This document shows, piece after piece, positions 50,345-59,778 of a DNA stretch of 64,000 bases. Source of the stretch: Promethearchaeota archaeon (GTDB taxonomy: Archaea > Asgardarchaeota > Lokiarchaeia > Sigyniarchaeales > SOKP01); assembly GCA_016839705.1 (NCBI GenBank), contig JAEOTR010000016.1, forward strand, positions 64,001-128,000, in the 5' to 3' direction. Both the position numbers and the translations under genes were made by a program. The stretch's first letter is position 1. The number at the start of each line of letters is the position of its first letter. The notes under the pieces are model-generated. The model ran no database searches, was not told the DNA's origin, and saw only the letters and a program-made list of their open reading frames with translations.

Positions 50345-51097
50345 CTAAATGCTAAGATTTAACAGGTTCAGAATTTCTCTTAATTTAGTAATACTTATTT
50401 GACCTGATGCCGTTTTTTCTAAATAGGAACCATATGTTAAGAAAGACTTGCTAAAATTGCACAAAATTCTTGACAATAGTCCCACTTCACCCATGCAAAA
50501 GGAGATTAATCTTAATTTTTTACTTGATTTTATTTTGCATAATTGTAAAGGAATTAAATTATCCTCAAAAGATTGAGCTGTAAATATAAGTTTGAAAATG
50601 CCTTTTTCTACAATCTTTTGATCAATTTGAACGTTTTGTTTCAACTTTTTCAAAGAATCTTCTAAAATTTCAACTGCTACATCGTAAGTAGGAGTTTTTT
50701 CAAAATCGTGAAGAGAAAATATTAGGTTTACCTTATTATGTGATGCTAAGCGAATTATTTCACTTAAAATACTACTTTCAGTATTAATTTCAATATCAAG
50801 ATATCTTGGCTCTGATTCAATTATAATTTTTATTATTTGAAGTCGCTTACTGACTTCAATTTCTATCTGTCCACCTTCAGAGTAATCTCTAAAAGTACAG
50901 ATCACGGGAATTTTTGGTTGAATTCGATTTATTAGATCAATTATAAAATCTTTAGTAATTTTTTGGATATCGGAAATATAATCAAATCTTAGTTCGATAA
51001 AGTCGGGATTAAGAATTATAACTTTTTCAATAGTTGGGGCGATCTCGCTGACCACTACAGATTTAATTGGGATTGGTACACAAATATTGTACTTCAT
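50345..51097 (-). CDS. aroD: Type I 3-dehydroquinate dehydratase
   Basis: ELRFD, TFRDYSEGG, YLDIE, SLHDFEKTP, FCMGEVGLLSR, ASGQ. Confidence 0.92.
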   Translation of the reverse strand: MKYNICVPIPIKSVVVSEIAPTIEKVIILNPDFIELRFDYISDIQKITKDFIIDLINRIQPKIPVICTFRDYSEGGQIEIEVSKRLQIIKIIIESEPRYLDIEINTESSILSEIIRLASHNKVNLIFSLHDFEKTPTYDVAVEILEDSLKKLKQNVQIDQKIVEKGIFKLIFTAQSFEDNLIPLQLCKIKSSKKLRLISFCMGEVGLLSRILCNFSKSFLTYGSYLEKTASGQISITKLREILNLLNLSI

Positions 51098-51124
51098 AGT
51101 AAGAAATTAATTTCCTAATAAAAA

Positions 51125-51769
51125 TTAAATATTCAATATTTCTTTTATATCTTTTTCGGTGAATTTCAAGGTGTTTTCAGCGTTTACTTTTTTGAGGATT
51201 CCCATTTTTTTATAATACTTAATAATCGGCTTTGCATTCTTTTCATAAGCATCTAATCTGTTTTTCAGTGTTTCTTCATTATCATCACTTCGTTGTTCAA
51301 ATTTTATTTCAGAACCACATGCATCACATATACCTTCTACCTTAGGTGGAAGAGTATATTTATTGTAAAGCTTATTACAATTAGGACAGGCGTATCTACC
51401 TAATATTCTTTTCATTATTAAGTCTCTTGGAACTTCTAGTAGAAGTAATAGATCAACTTCAGTTATATTTGTTAACGCTTTTGCCTGAGATATCGTACGA
51501 GGGAATCCATCAAGAATGAAACCTTCTGCCTTCACATCTTCTCTAGTCAGTCGATCTCGTACCATCTCGATAGTCACATCATCAGGAACTAGCTCACCTT
51601 TATCCATATAGCCTTTAGCTTTCAATCCTAAGGGTGTTTCATTTTTCAAGTTTTCCCTAAATATATCTCCTGTACTGATATGAATAATATCTGGCAAAAC
51701 TTTTCTAATCTGTGAACTAAAGGTACCTTTTCCCGCGCCAGGCGGACCAAACAGTATTAATTTTTTCAT
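51125..51769 (-). CDS. adk: Adenylate kinase, bacterial type with Zn-lid
   Basis: GPPGAGKGT, HISTGDIFR, GELVPD, LDGFPR, CPNC...CDAC, RSDDNEET. Confidence 0.95.
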   Translation of the reverse strand: MKKLILFGPPGAGKGTFSSQIRKVLPDIIHISTGDIFRENLKNETPLGLKAKGYMDKGELVPDDVTIEMVRDRLTREDVKAEGFILDGFPRTISQAKALTNITEVDLLLLLEVPRDLIMKRILGRYACPNCNKLYNKYTLPPKVEGICDACGSEIKFEQRSDDNEETLKNRLDAYEKNAKPIIKYYKKMGILKKVNAENTLKFTEKDIKEILNI

Positions 51770-51803
51770 AATTATCTAGTAAAATTAATAGAATAAAAAA
51801 AAC

Positions 51804-52391
51804 TTAACCCGTAAAATAGGATTTTTCCACTTCTTTTATCAAATTTTCCACTTGTCTCTTTTCTCTCCTACTAAAAAGAGTAGCAAAATCTTTTTTTATT
51901 GAAGAACCATAATAAGAATTTCCAAAAAAGGTACTGGATTTATCTATTGCTCGTAATAATAATTTTAAACCTCCCATGTGAAGATATATTGAAATATCAT
52001 TAATAATAATTATAGAAGTTGGTTCTTCATTAAAAGAATTAAGTACTTTAACGGTCTTCTTAAAATTTTCATATGCATTTTGGTACAATTCAGTTTTATT
52101 ACTTGATTTAAAGCGGGGAGGGATAATTTCTCCTTTAAATGAGATATTCCTACATTTGGTACTACCTGTGTAGAAATCTAGGATTTTTCCCCCAATTTTT
52201 AGATGGTTAAATGTTGTTAATTTGGGAGCAAAATCTAAAATACTAACATCCTTAGGTGATGCATTTTTTGATTCTAAAAGATATTGAACGAATTTAGATG
52301 TTAGGTAAGTCTTTTTTGTATTAGTATCTCCATATAATAAAGTATGGTGACCAAAAAATTCATTAAAATCTAAATCTTCACGGTGCGTCAT
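51804..52391 (-). CDS. Hypothetical P-loop-like protein (degenerate Walker A)
   Basis: TLLYGDTNTKKT, ILDFAP, IIINDISIYLH. Confidence 0.6.
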   Translation of the reverse strand: MTHREDLDFNEFFGHHTLLYGDTNTKKTYLTSKFVQYLLESKNASPKDVSILDFAPKLTTFNHLKIGGKILDFYTGSTKCRNISFKGEIIPPRFKSSNKTELYQNAYENFKKTVKVLNSFNEEPTSIIIINDISIYLHMGGLKLLLRAIDKSSTFFGNSYYGSSIKKDFATLFSRREKRQVENLIKEVEKSYFTG

Positions 52392-52422
52392 AAATAAAAT
52401 TGAAAAGCATTAAATTTAATAT

Positions 52423-52989
52423 TTAAAAGAAATCTTCCCATGTTATTTTTGCTCGTTTTAAAACTACTAAAACAAGAAAGCCCATTATCGCTCCAGGAAT
52501 AGAGCTCAATGCAAATAAGCTCCAATATATATATAGGCTTTCTACTGTAAAAATAGTCCCAATTGGCGCAATTAAATGCCCTATAGTCCCACCTAAGAAA
52601 ACCGTACCAATAGGTTCAGCTAATGCTGCAAATTCTAAGTATTTTGGATAATTTTTACGTAGAAAATAAGATATGGTACCAACAACAACTGCACCCGTTA
52701 TTCCTCCATGAAAAGCATGGATTGTGCCAATCGAAAGTGAGAATCGAAGTGATGCAATCCCAAGAGCAGTAATGCACGATGAAGTAAGTCCGATTAGAAC
52801 CCCTGTAATAGCATTAAAGAAGTGTGCAAAAGGATTAATTTTAGTTCCAAATATAGTAAAATAAGCAAAGGGATTAATAAAACTTAAAACTAATCCTACG
52901 GCAATAAAAATTGCTATTGCTGCTACTTTTTTAGTCAAAAAATCCGAAGGAAATACAATTTCTTTAACATTAGACCTATTTTCGCTCAA
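52423..52989 (-). CDS. thiW: ECF transporter S component, ThiW (thiazole) type
   Basis: PFAHFFNAITGVL, GTIHAFHGG, EPIGT; next to a ThiN-domain gene. Confidence 0.85.
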   Translation of the reverse strand: MSENRSNVKEIVFPSDFLTKKVAAIAIFIAVGLVLSFINPFAYFTIFGTKINPFAHFFNAITGVLIGLTSSCITALGIASLRFSLSIGTIHAFHGGITGAVVVGTISYFLRKNYPKYLEFAALAEPIGTVFLGGTIGHLIAPIGTIFTVESLYIYWSLFALSSIPGAIMGFLVLVVLKRAKITWEDFF

Positions 52990-53076
52990 TTTAAAATCAA
53001 CCGATATTACTCTTCTAAATTATTAAAAATTATGATTTTCTATATAAAGTTTGTTTTTGCTTTTAAAGGCGGTATC

Positions 53077-53676
53077 TTAGTCATTATTGATTAATTCAAA
53101 AATTTTCTGAAGCTTTTCAATAATATCAGCTGAACTCTTCCCAAATAACCGTATCATTGGTTCTTTACCAATAGATCCTCTATCCCAGATGATATCCGAA
53201 ATCTTACCATTCCTATCTATACTTTCTTTAATTAACCACTGCATCGTAGAAAATTCCTTTTGCTTAATTTCTTCTGGTTCTTTTTCTCGATTAATTTCTT
53301 TTAATTCCAAATCCGTTTTTTTCTGAATATCTTCTATTAATTCTGGGGTATATTTTAAATTCATGACAAAATTAACTGATGTATCAAACTCTTTTGCTGT
53401 AAGAAGTAATCGTGCTGTATGTTCAGCAACTCCAAATTTAATATCTCCTGCGGCTATAGGAAGACCATCAACAATGGTTATTCTCCCATCAATTCCAGCC
53501 ACATCTCCCTTTTTTTTGGCATCTGGTAAAGCTCCTGCGATGTTTGTTCTTACTTCTGGTATTAATTTTATGAATTTCTTTATTTTTATGAAACTGTATA
53601 TTTCTTTGATCTGGTCAATAACTTCTAATTTTTCTTCAGAATTAGGTGGTTCTCTAAGCTCGTTGTTTTCCATCAA
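53077..53676 (-). CDS. thiN: Stand-alone ThiN (thiamine-phosphate synthase) domain protein
   Basis: LIPEVRTNI, DVAGIDGRI, FGVAEHTAR, GKEPMI. Confidence 0.78.
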   Translation of the reverse strand: MMENNELREPPNSEEKLEVIDQIKEIYSFIKIKKFIKLIPEVRTNIAGALPDAKKKGDVAGIDGRITIVDGLPIAAGDIKFGVAEHTARLLLTAKEFDTSVNFVMNLKYTPELIEDIQKKTDLELKEINREKEPEEIKQKEFSTMQWLIKESIDRNGKISDIIWDRGSIGKEPMIRLFGKSSADIIEKLQKIFELINND

Positions 53677-53723
53677 ATCTATAAGGAATATAAGTTTATT
53701 TAATTTATCGTTTATTCAATCAA

Positions 53724-54434
53724 TTGGATGGAGAGAACAGCCTTATGATACAAATAGGAGATACTTTGATAAATCCAACAAAGATTATATGTTTGGGTAC
53801 TAACTACATGGATCATGTAGAAGAGACAGGATTAGAAGTTCCAGAAGAACCTCTAATTTTTCCTAAGACATTAAATTGTTTAATTACTCATAACCAACCC
53901 ATAATCTATCCAAAATACCTTTACAACAATAGAAAGTATAATAGGGTGGATTATGAAGTAGAATTAGCTTTTATTGTTAAGGATAAATGTAAAAACATTT
54001 CTGCTGAGAATGCTTATGATCATATTTTAGGTTATACTGTTTTTAATGATGTAACCGCTCGTAAAATGCAGACAAAGGACATTATTTCGCAAAAACCGTG
54101 GTTTAGATCGAAGTCCTTCGATAGTTTCGGACCAATTGGTCCTGTGATAAAAAAGGTTGATGAGATTAAAGATCCTCATAACCTTGATATCGAATTGAAG
54201 GTGAATGGAAAAACAAAACAATCATCAAATACAACACATCTATTATTTAAGATACCCGAGATTTTCGAATATATTACTAAATTTTTTACTATGGAACCTG
54301 GTGATATCGTTGCTACAGGTACTCCTGGTGGAATAGGTCCTGTTAATCCTGGAGATTTGATTGAAGCAAAAATAGAAAAGATAGGCACTCTTACAAATAA
54401 AGTAATTTTGGAAGGAGAAGAAGCGAATTTATGA
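53724..54434 (+). CDS. Fumarylacetoacetate hydrolase family protein
   Basis: KIICLGTNY, DYEVELA, NDVTAR, KSFD, GDIVATGTP. Confidence 0.92.
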   Translation: MDGENSLMIQIGDTLINPTKIICLGTNYMDHVEETGLEVPEEPLIFPKTLNCLITHNQPIIYPKYLYNNRKYNRVDYEVELAFIVKDKCKNISAENAYDHILGYTVFNDVTARKMQTKDIISQKPWFRSKSFDSFGPIGPVIKKVDEIKDPHNLDIELKVNGKTKQSSNTTHLLFKIPEIFEYITKFFTMEPGDIVATGTPGGIGPVNPGDLIEAKIEKIGTLTNKVILEGEEANL

Positions 54435-55108
54435 GAATTGGAAATACAGAATTCAACCCAACTAAAATCATTTGTATCGGGCGTAATTATTTAGAGCATG
54501 CTAAGGAACTAAATTCTCCAGTGCCCACCGAGCCGGTGTTTTTTGTAAAGACTCTAAACTCTATTATCACCAATGGAGCGCCAATAATATATCCTCGAAT
54601 TCTATATGAAAATGAAGAATTCAACAGAGTGGACCATGAAGTAGAACTTGCTTTCATCATGCAGAAGAACTGTAAAAAAATTTCGGCTACAAATGCTTAT
54701 GATTATATTCAAGGTTATACTATTTTTCTAGATATAACAGCTAGGAAAATGCAAATTAAGGATCGTAATTTGAACTTACCGTGGTACAGAAGTAAAAATT
54801 TCGATTCTTTCGGAGTTTTGGGACCACATATAGCTCCTTTAAATGAAATTAGTGATCCTCATAACCTCAATATTGAATTAAAAATTGATGGTGTTGTAAA
54901 GCAATCATCAAATACAAAATACATGATTTTTAAAATTCCACAGTTATTAGAATATCTTTCTAGTTTTGTAACTCTTGAGAAAGGGGATATAATTGCTACT
55001 GGTACCCCAAGTGGGGTAGGACCAATTCAACCAGGGGATAATATTGAAGCATCTATTGAAAAGATTGGAAAGATTATACATCAAGTCGTTTTAGAAAAAG
55101 AAGATTAA
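54431..55108 (+). CDS. Fumarylacetoacetate hydrolase family protein (tandem paralogue)
   Basis: KIICIGRNY, DHEVELA, DITAR, KNFD, GDIIATGTP; ATGA overlap with the upstream copy. Confidence 0.92.
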   Translation: MRIGNTEFNPTKIICIGRNYLEHAKELNSPVPTEPVFFVKTLNSIITNGAPIIYPRILYENEEFNRVDHEVELAFIMQKNCKKISATNAYDYIQGYTIFLDITARKMQIKDRNLNLPWYRSKNFDSFGVLGPHIAPLNEISDPHNLNIELKIDGVVKQSSNTKYMIFKIPQLLEYLSSFVTLEKGDIIATGTPSGVGPIQPGDNIEASIEKIGKIIHQVVLEKED

Positions 55109-55272
55109 ATTTTATTCTTCAATTGAGTTTAAGACTAAATCTCATTTTCATTAACGACATATATGATTATATTTTTGGTCTAAAAAACTTGTAGCTTTTA
55201 TTGTTATTTATTAAAATTTTCTTAACCTCAATTTTTCAATAACTAATATAGTATTCTAAGAGTGTAAAATAT

Positions 55273-56463
55273 ATGAAATTAAAAAAAAAGTCAATAGTAT
55301 TAATTTTCTTGACGGTTTCTATGTTTTCAGGGATAATTATGACAAACTCTTTAGCTAAGACTAATTTTATGAGATGGTGTGAAACTAATGACCAATCATA
55401 TGTAGATGTTAGAGTTCCGGATTATTATTCATTGGGAGTTCTAAAAGCTCAATATTGTGATCAACAGATTATTAAGTTAGATTATGCGATAAAAGGTTTG
55501 ATTCAAACTCTTGGTATTCCTCTTGATTATTGTTACCACTTAGCTAGTCTTTATAATGCGCAGATTCCACAAGATTACAAGAATGAACTTCAAGGGATTG
55601 CTGATTCGATACCAACTTTAACTTATTATGATGTGGTATTACAAGTCTGTTTATTTGATGGTTTCTATGGTCAAATTATACCTTCGAAGACAGGAGTAAA
55701 TATACCCCCCATACATCTAGGGGGTTGTACGGTTGTGGCTTCCAAAAATACTGATGAGACTATAACAATTGGTCAAAACATGGATCTTTCATATTATTTC
55801 AAAGATACTCTATATTTTATTAAGTATAAAATAAAAGGAAAACAACCAGTGTTTGCAATGTACATGGGGGCGTGTCATTTGGTTGGAATTACTAAGAAGG
55901 TGAGCTCTGTCTTAAATCTTATAGAAACCGTTGTTCATGGTGAAATTTGCATGCCAACCTCTATTAAAAGACGACTTTCTTTAGAATCGAGTAAGAATGC
56001 CTTCGAATATCAAGAAATCATGATAAATAATGGGTTTGCGTCCAGCTGGAATTGGTTAATTGGTGATAAATACAACAACCTTATTGCTTGTGAGAGTATA
56101 CCAGCTGTATATAATGACCAAATTCTGAGTTGTGGTGAAGCAATCGTTAAATCTAACACTTATAAAACACCTGAATATATTCCATATTTACTGAAACCTT
56201 CTTATTCCTTAGAACGCCAAGCGAAAGCGGAAGACCTAACCTCAAAGGCTATGAATGATGGTATTCTTACATTAGATGAATTGTTTGGGGATGTTTTATC
56301 ATTCCGAGATGGAACAGATGCGTCAATAACCAGATTGCCAGGAGATAATTCTAATGATCCAATAATAACTTCCACAATTGCCTTTATGGGTTTAAAAGGA
56401 AAGGATGGAAGGTTTGGAGTCGGGAATCCTCTTGAGAGTAGTTGGGGTGTAATTCCCCTCTAA
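55273..56463 (+). CDS. Secreted C45/Ntn-hydrolase family protein
   Basis: Signal peptide, ELQGIA, GGCT nucleophile, GQNMD, SNTY. Confidence 0.78.
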   Translation: MKLKKKSIVLIFLTVSMFSGIIMTNSLAKTNFMRWCETNDQSYVDVRVPDYYSLGVLKAQYCDQQIIKLDYAIKGLIQTLGIPLDYCYHLASLYNAQIPQDYKNELQGIADSIPTLTYYDVVLQVCLFDGFYGQIIPSKTGVNIPPIHLGGCTVVASKNTDETITIGQNMDLSYYFKDTLYFIKYKIKGKQPVFAMYMGACHLVGITKKVSSVLNLIETVVHGEICMPTSIKRRLSLESSKNAFEYQEIMINNGFASSWNWLIGDKYNNLIACESIPAVYNDQILSCGEAIVKSNTYKTPEYIPYLLKPSYSLERQAKAEDLTSKAMNDGILTLDELFGDVLSFRDGTDASITRLPGDNSNDPIITSTIAFMGLKGKDGRFGVGNPLESSWGVIPL

Positions 56464-56621
56464 TATTAAGGGTTATAAATACCCTTTCAAATCTTTTTTT
56501 TTCGTGATTTCTTAACAAAATGGCTTTAGCATAGAAATTTCCATTTAATAAAAAGTATTAAATTTTGAGAATTATATTTTATGAATTAAACTTTTTTAAG
56601 AATAACTATTTTTTATAGATC

Positions 56622-56807
56622 ATGGAGATTGAAGTTAGCGAAGAAGCAAAGAGGGAAATACTTAAATTAATCTCCACTCCTGGAGTTGAAATTGAAGAGA
56701 TTGTTAAAAAAGTTAAGCTAGATTATGATATTATAATGAATTTTTTATCTGATGAATTTTTAAAACATAATTTAGATTATGGCAGAAGAATCTGTTGCCG
56801 GTATTAA
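56622..56807 (+). CDS. Small hypothetical protein (HTH-like), C-terminal RRICCRY
   Basis: Clean 61-aa ATG ORF in an otherwise empty intergenic space, with natural composition. Confidence 0.65.
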   Translation: MEIEVSEEAKREILKLISTPGVEIEEIVKKVKLDYDIIMNFLSDEFLKHNLDYGRRICCRY

Positions 56808-57011
56808 AGCTTGTTTATTTTAATAAAACTTATTAATTTTTGTACATTTCTAAATTCACTAAGTTCAAAACATTATAAAGGACTTAGGACGCAAATTAAT
56901 GCGGTTTCAATATATTATTGATATTGAAATGAGTTATAACAATCTTAATTTAGCGTTCTTAACCTTGAATAAGTTTTGATGAGAAGTAACTAGAAAAAAC
57001 AGTGAGAATAA

Positions 57012-57509
57012 GTGAGTGAAAAAGGAAAAGTAATTGTAATGGCTCTTGTCACTGGTGGTAGCGCGTCAGGAGGACCACCTATTGGGCCTGCAGTTGGACC
57101 CACTGGTATAAATATCAAAGATGTCGTTGATGAGATAAATGATCAAACAATGGTCTTTAAAGGGTTAACTGTACCCGTAAGAATAGAATGTGATCCTGAA
57201 ACAAAACAATTTGAAATTTTTGTAGAAACTCCTTCTACAGCTTCATTATTACTTAAAGAAGCAGGAGTAGAGAAAGGGAGTTCATCGTGTGCAGAAGAAA
57301 AAATTGGTGATCTAACGTTTGAACAGATTGTTAAAGTCGTTGAAGCAAAGAAAGAAAAATTTTTGGATAAAACGTTTAAATCTGCGGTTAAAACAGCTCT
57401 AGGTACCGCTTTGTCTGTTGGAATAACAGTTGAAGGAGAAGATCCAAGAGAAATTCAAAAAAAATTAGAAAATGGTGAATTTGATAACCAAATTAAAGGT
57501 GAGTTGTAA
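57012..57509 (+). CDS. rpl11: 50S ribosomal protein uL11
   Basis: GGSASGGPPIGPAVGP, TPSTASLL, GTALSVG. Confidence 0.96.
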   Translation: MSEKGKVIVMALVTGGSASGGPPIGPAVGPTGINIKDVVDEINDQTMVFKGLTVPVRIECDPETKQFEIFVETPSTASLLLKEAGVEKGSSSCAEEKIGDLTFEQIVKVVEAKKEKFLDKTFKSAVKTALGTALSVGITVEGEDPREIQKKLENGEFDNQIKGEL

Positions 57510-57511
57510 AA

Positions 57512-58243
57512 GTGAAGGTAGATGATAAATTATTAAGAAAATCCCTCAGTACCGCAATAGACTTTTCAACTATTAAGAAAGAAGGTTTCAAAGATAAAGT
57601 TCGAAAGTTTGATGAAACAATTGATCTTATCATTAACATAAAAGATGTGAATCTGAATGATCCAAAAAACAGAATTGATAAAGAAATAATCCTCTCGTAT
57701 AAAGTGATTGCTGAAGAAAAACCAAATATATGTGTGATAGCTTCAGATGAAATATTAAGTGAAGCTAAAAAGGCAGGTATTGATACTCTCGATGCAGATG
57801 GGCTGGTTAAATTAAATAATGAAGAAAAGAAGTACAAAAAGAAATTTGCCAAAAAATATGAATTTTTTATAGTAGAATCAAAGATGATGCGAGATGTAGC
57901 TCGTTATCTAGCCCGATTTCTAGGTCCTTTAGGGAAAATGCCAAAACCTTTCCCTACAGGCTATGGAATTATTTCTAATCCTGAAGATTTGATGGTTGCA
58001 TTCGAAAGATATAAGAAAGTAGTTAGAATTCAAATGAAAAAACAGCCAATAATCTTTGCTAAAGTAGGGAGAAAATCAATGGACATAGAAAAATTGTTTG
58101 AGAATATAAAAACTGTAGTTAGCTTTATTGCTGATCAAATGCCTCATAAATATAATAATTTTAAATCTATGTATTTAAAAAGTACAATGGGGCGCCCATG
58201 TAAAGTAGATGAAGCTTTTCTAAAAAGTCTAGAGGTGAGTTAG
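57512..58243 (+). CDS. rpl1: 50S ribosomal protein uL1
   Basis: RKFDETIDL, LGPLGKMPKP, KSTMG. Confidence 0.96.
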   Translation: MKVDDKLLRKSLSTAIDFSTIKKEGFKDKVRKFDETIDLIINIKDVNLNDPKNRIDKEIILSYKVIAEEKPNICVIASDEILSEAKKAGIDTLDADGLVKLNNEEKKYKKKFAKKYEFFIVESKMMRDVARYLARFLGPLGKMPKPFPTGYGIISNPEDLMVAFERYKKVVRIQMKKQPIIFAKVGRKSMDIEKLFENIKTVVSFIADQMPHKYNNFKSMYLKSTMGRPCKVDEAFLKSLEVS

Positions 58244-58247
58244 AAAG

Positions 58248-59135
58248 ATGATCAAAAAAGCGCGTATTCCACAATGGAAATTAGAGGAAATTAATACATT
58301 GAAGGATTTATTTAAAGAATATAAAAATATTGCCGTTATCGAAGTTGGTCGCATACATGATATACAAATTCAATCAACCCGTAAGATCTTAAGAGGAAAA
58401 GCGGTTTTTCGAATGTCAAAAAAATCTTTGCAGCTTCGAGCGATTGATGCATTTAAAAAAGAATCAAAGAAATCAAATTTAGATGAATTAGCAAATAATA
58501 TTCCTGGTCAATCAAGTTTGATATTTACAAATCTTGATTTTATGGAGTTAAAAAAGATCTTTCATGAAAATGAGTGGATGGTTCCAGCAAAACCAAATGA
58601 AATAACACCTGTAGATATCTGGGTTCCTGAAGGAGATACTGGGTTACCCACAGGACAAGTCATAAGTGAACTGAATATGACTTTAAAACTCCCTACAAGA
58701 ATAATGAATGATACCATTCATATACGTGAAGACACAAGAACACACAAAGTTGGTGATTTAGTTACTGTTAAACAAGCAGCCGTTCTGAAGAAATTAGGGA
58801 TAACTCCGATAGAATCACTAATTAAAATACATTATGCTTGGAGTGATGGAGAAATTATACCCATAGATATCCTCTATATGGATGTAGAAGAATTTAAAAG
58901 AGAAGTCATTATAGCCTATAAAGAAGCACTTAGTATTGCCTTTGAAATGCCATTCTACATAGAAAATATGCATGAAGACTATATAAGGAAAGCTGCTTCT
59001 GAAGCTAATACTCTCGAAACAATGATTTTTGGTGAGGGAATCACTGTTCCGGCTGAACCCAAACCTAAAGTTGAAGAAAAAGAACCTGAGGAGGAACCTG
59101 AAGAAGAAGTGGGGATTGGCGGGTTATTTGGTTAA
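58248..59135 (+). CDS. rpl10: 50S ribosomal protein uL10/P0
   Basis: IPQWK, GDTGLPTG, LKKLGITP, acidic tail GIGGLFG. Confidence 0.95.
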   Translation: MIKKARIPQWKLEEINTLKDLFKEYKNIAVIEVGRIHDIQIQSTRKILRGKAVFRMSKKSLQLRAIDAFKKESKKSNLDELANNIPGQSSLIFTNLDFMELKKIFHENEWMVPAKPNEITPVDIWVPEGDTGLPTGQVISELNMTLKLPTRIMNDTIHIREDTRTHKVGDLVTVKQAAVLKKLGITPIESLIKIHYAWSDGEIIPIDILYMDVEEFKREVIIAYKEALSIAFEMPFYIENMHEDYIRKAASEANTLETMIFGEGITVPAEPKPKVEEKEPEEEPEEEVGIGGLFG

Positions 59136-59202
59136 AAAAAAATAGATAAGTAATAAAATTATGAATATAAAATTAAAAGTATTAAATTGGAGGTTTTAAG
59201 AT

Positions 59203-59493
59203 ATGGAAAGTGTCTATGCTGCATTATTGCTTCATAAGGTTGGAGGAAAAATTACCGAAGCAAATGTAGAAAAAGTATTGACTGCTGCAGGTGCAAAAGC
59301 TGATAAAACAGAAATAGCAAAACTGATTGCTGGGTTAAAACAAACAGATATTGATGATATTATAAAGTCTGCTGGTACTGCGTCTGTTATGACTGCTCCT
59401 GCTGGAGGCAAAGCTGAGAAAAAGAAGGAAGCTAAGAAGGAAAAAGAAGAAGAAGTTGAGGAAGAGCCCACAGGGATTGGATCACTCTTTTAG
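59203..59493 (+). CDS. rpl12: 50S ribosomal stalk protein P1 (aL12)
   Basis: MESVYAALLLH, acidic tail GIGSLF. Confidence 0.95.
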   Translation: MESVYAALLLHKVGGKITEANVEKVLTAAGAKADKTEIAKLIAGLKQTDIDDIIKSAGTASVMTAPAGGKAEKKKEAKKEKEEEVEEEPTGIGSLF

Positions 59494-59778
59494 AACCCTT
59501 GAAAATCGATTTAATTCAGTTAATATACCAAAATCGATTACCTGATGTAATTCCTCGAAGACCAATTTTTTTTATTTTTATTATTTTTCAAAAATTAAAA
59601 AGAATATTCTCAAACAGTAGTTTTTTTAGATTGCCTTAATTAAACCAAGTTTTCAAATCATAAACTTTTTTTAAAATTCTATTTTTTTAAAATTACTGAT
59701 TAGTTTTGAGATTTTAATAATATTTATTTAAATGGCCTACAATATTAAACCGAAAAAAACTCACGTTGTTGTATAAAT

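Noticed and set aside
59504-59539. AATCGATTT/AAATCGATT inverted repeat and CTGA after rpl12, considered as a C/D sRNA or intron
   Set aside because: No box C and no BHB geometry; at most a 3' UTR hairpin.
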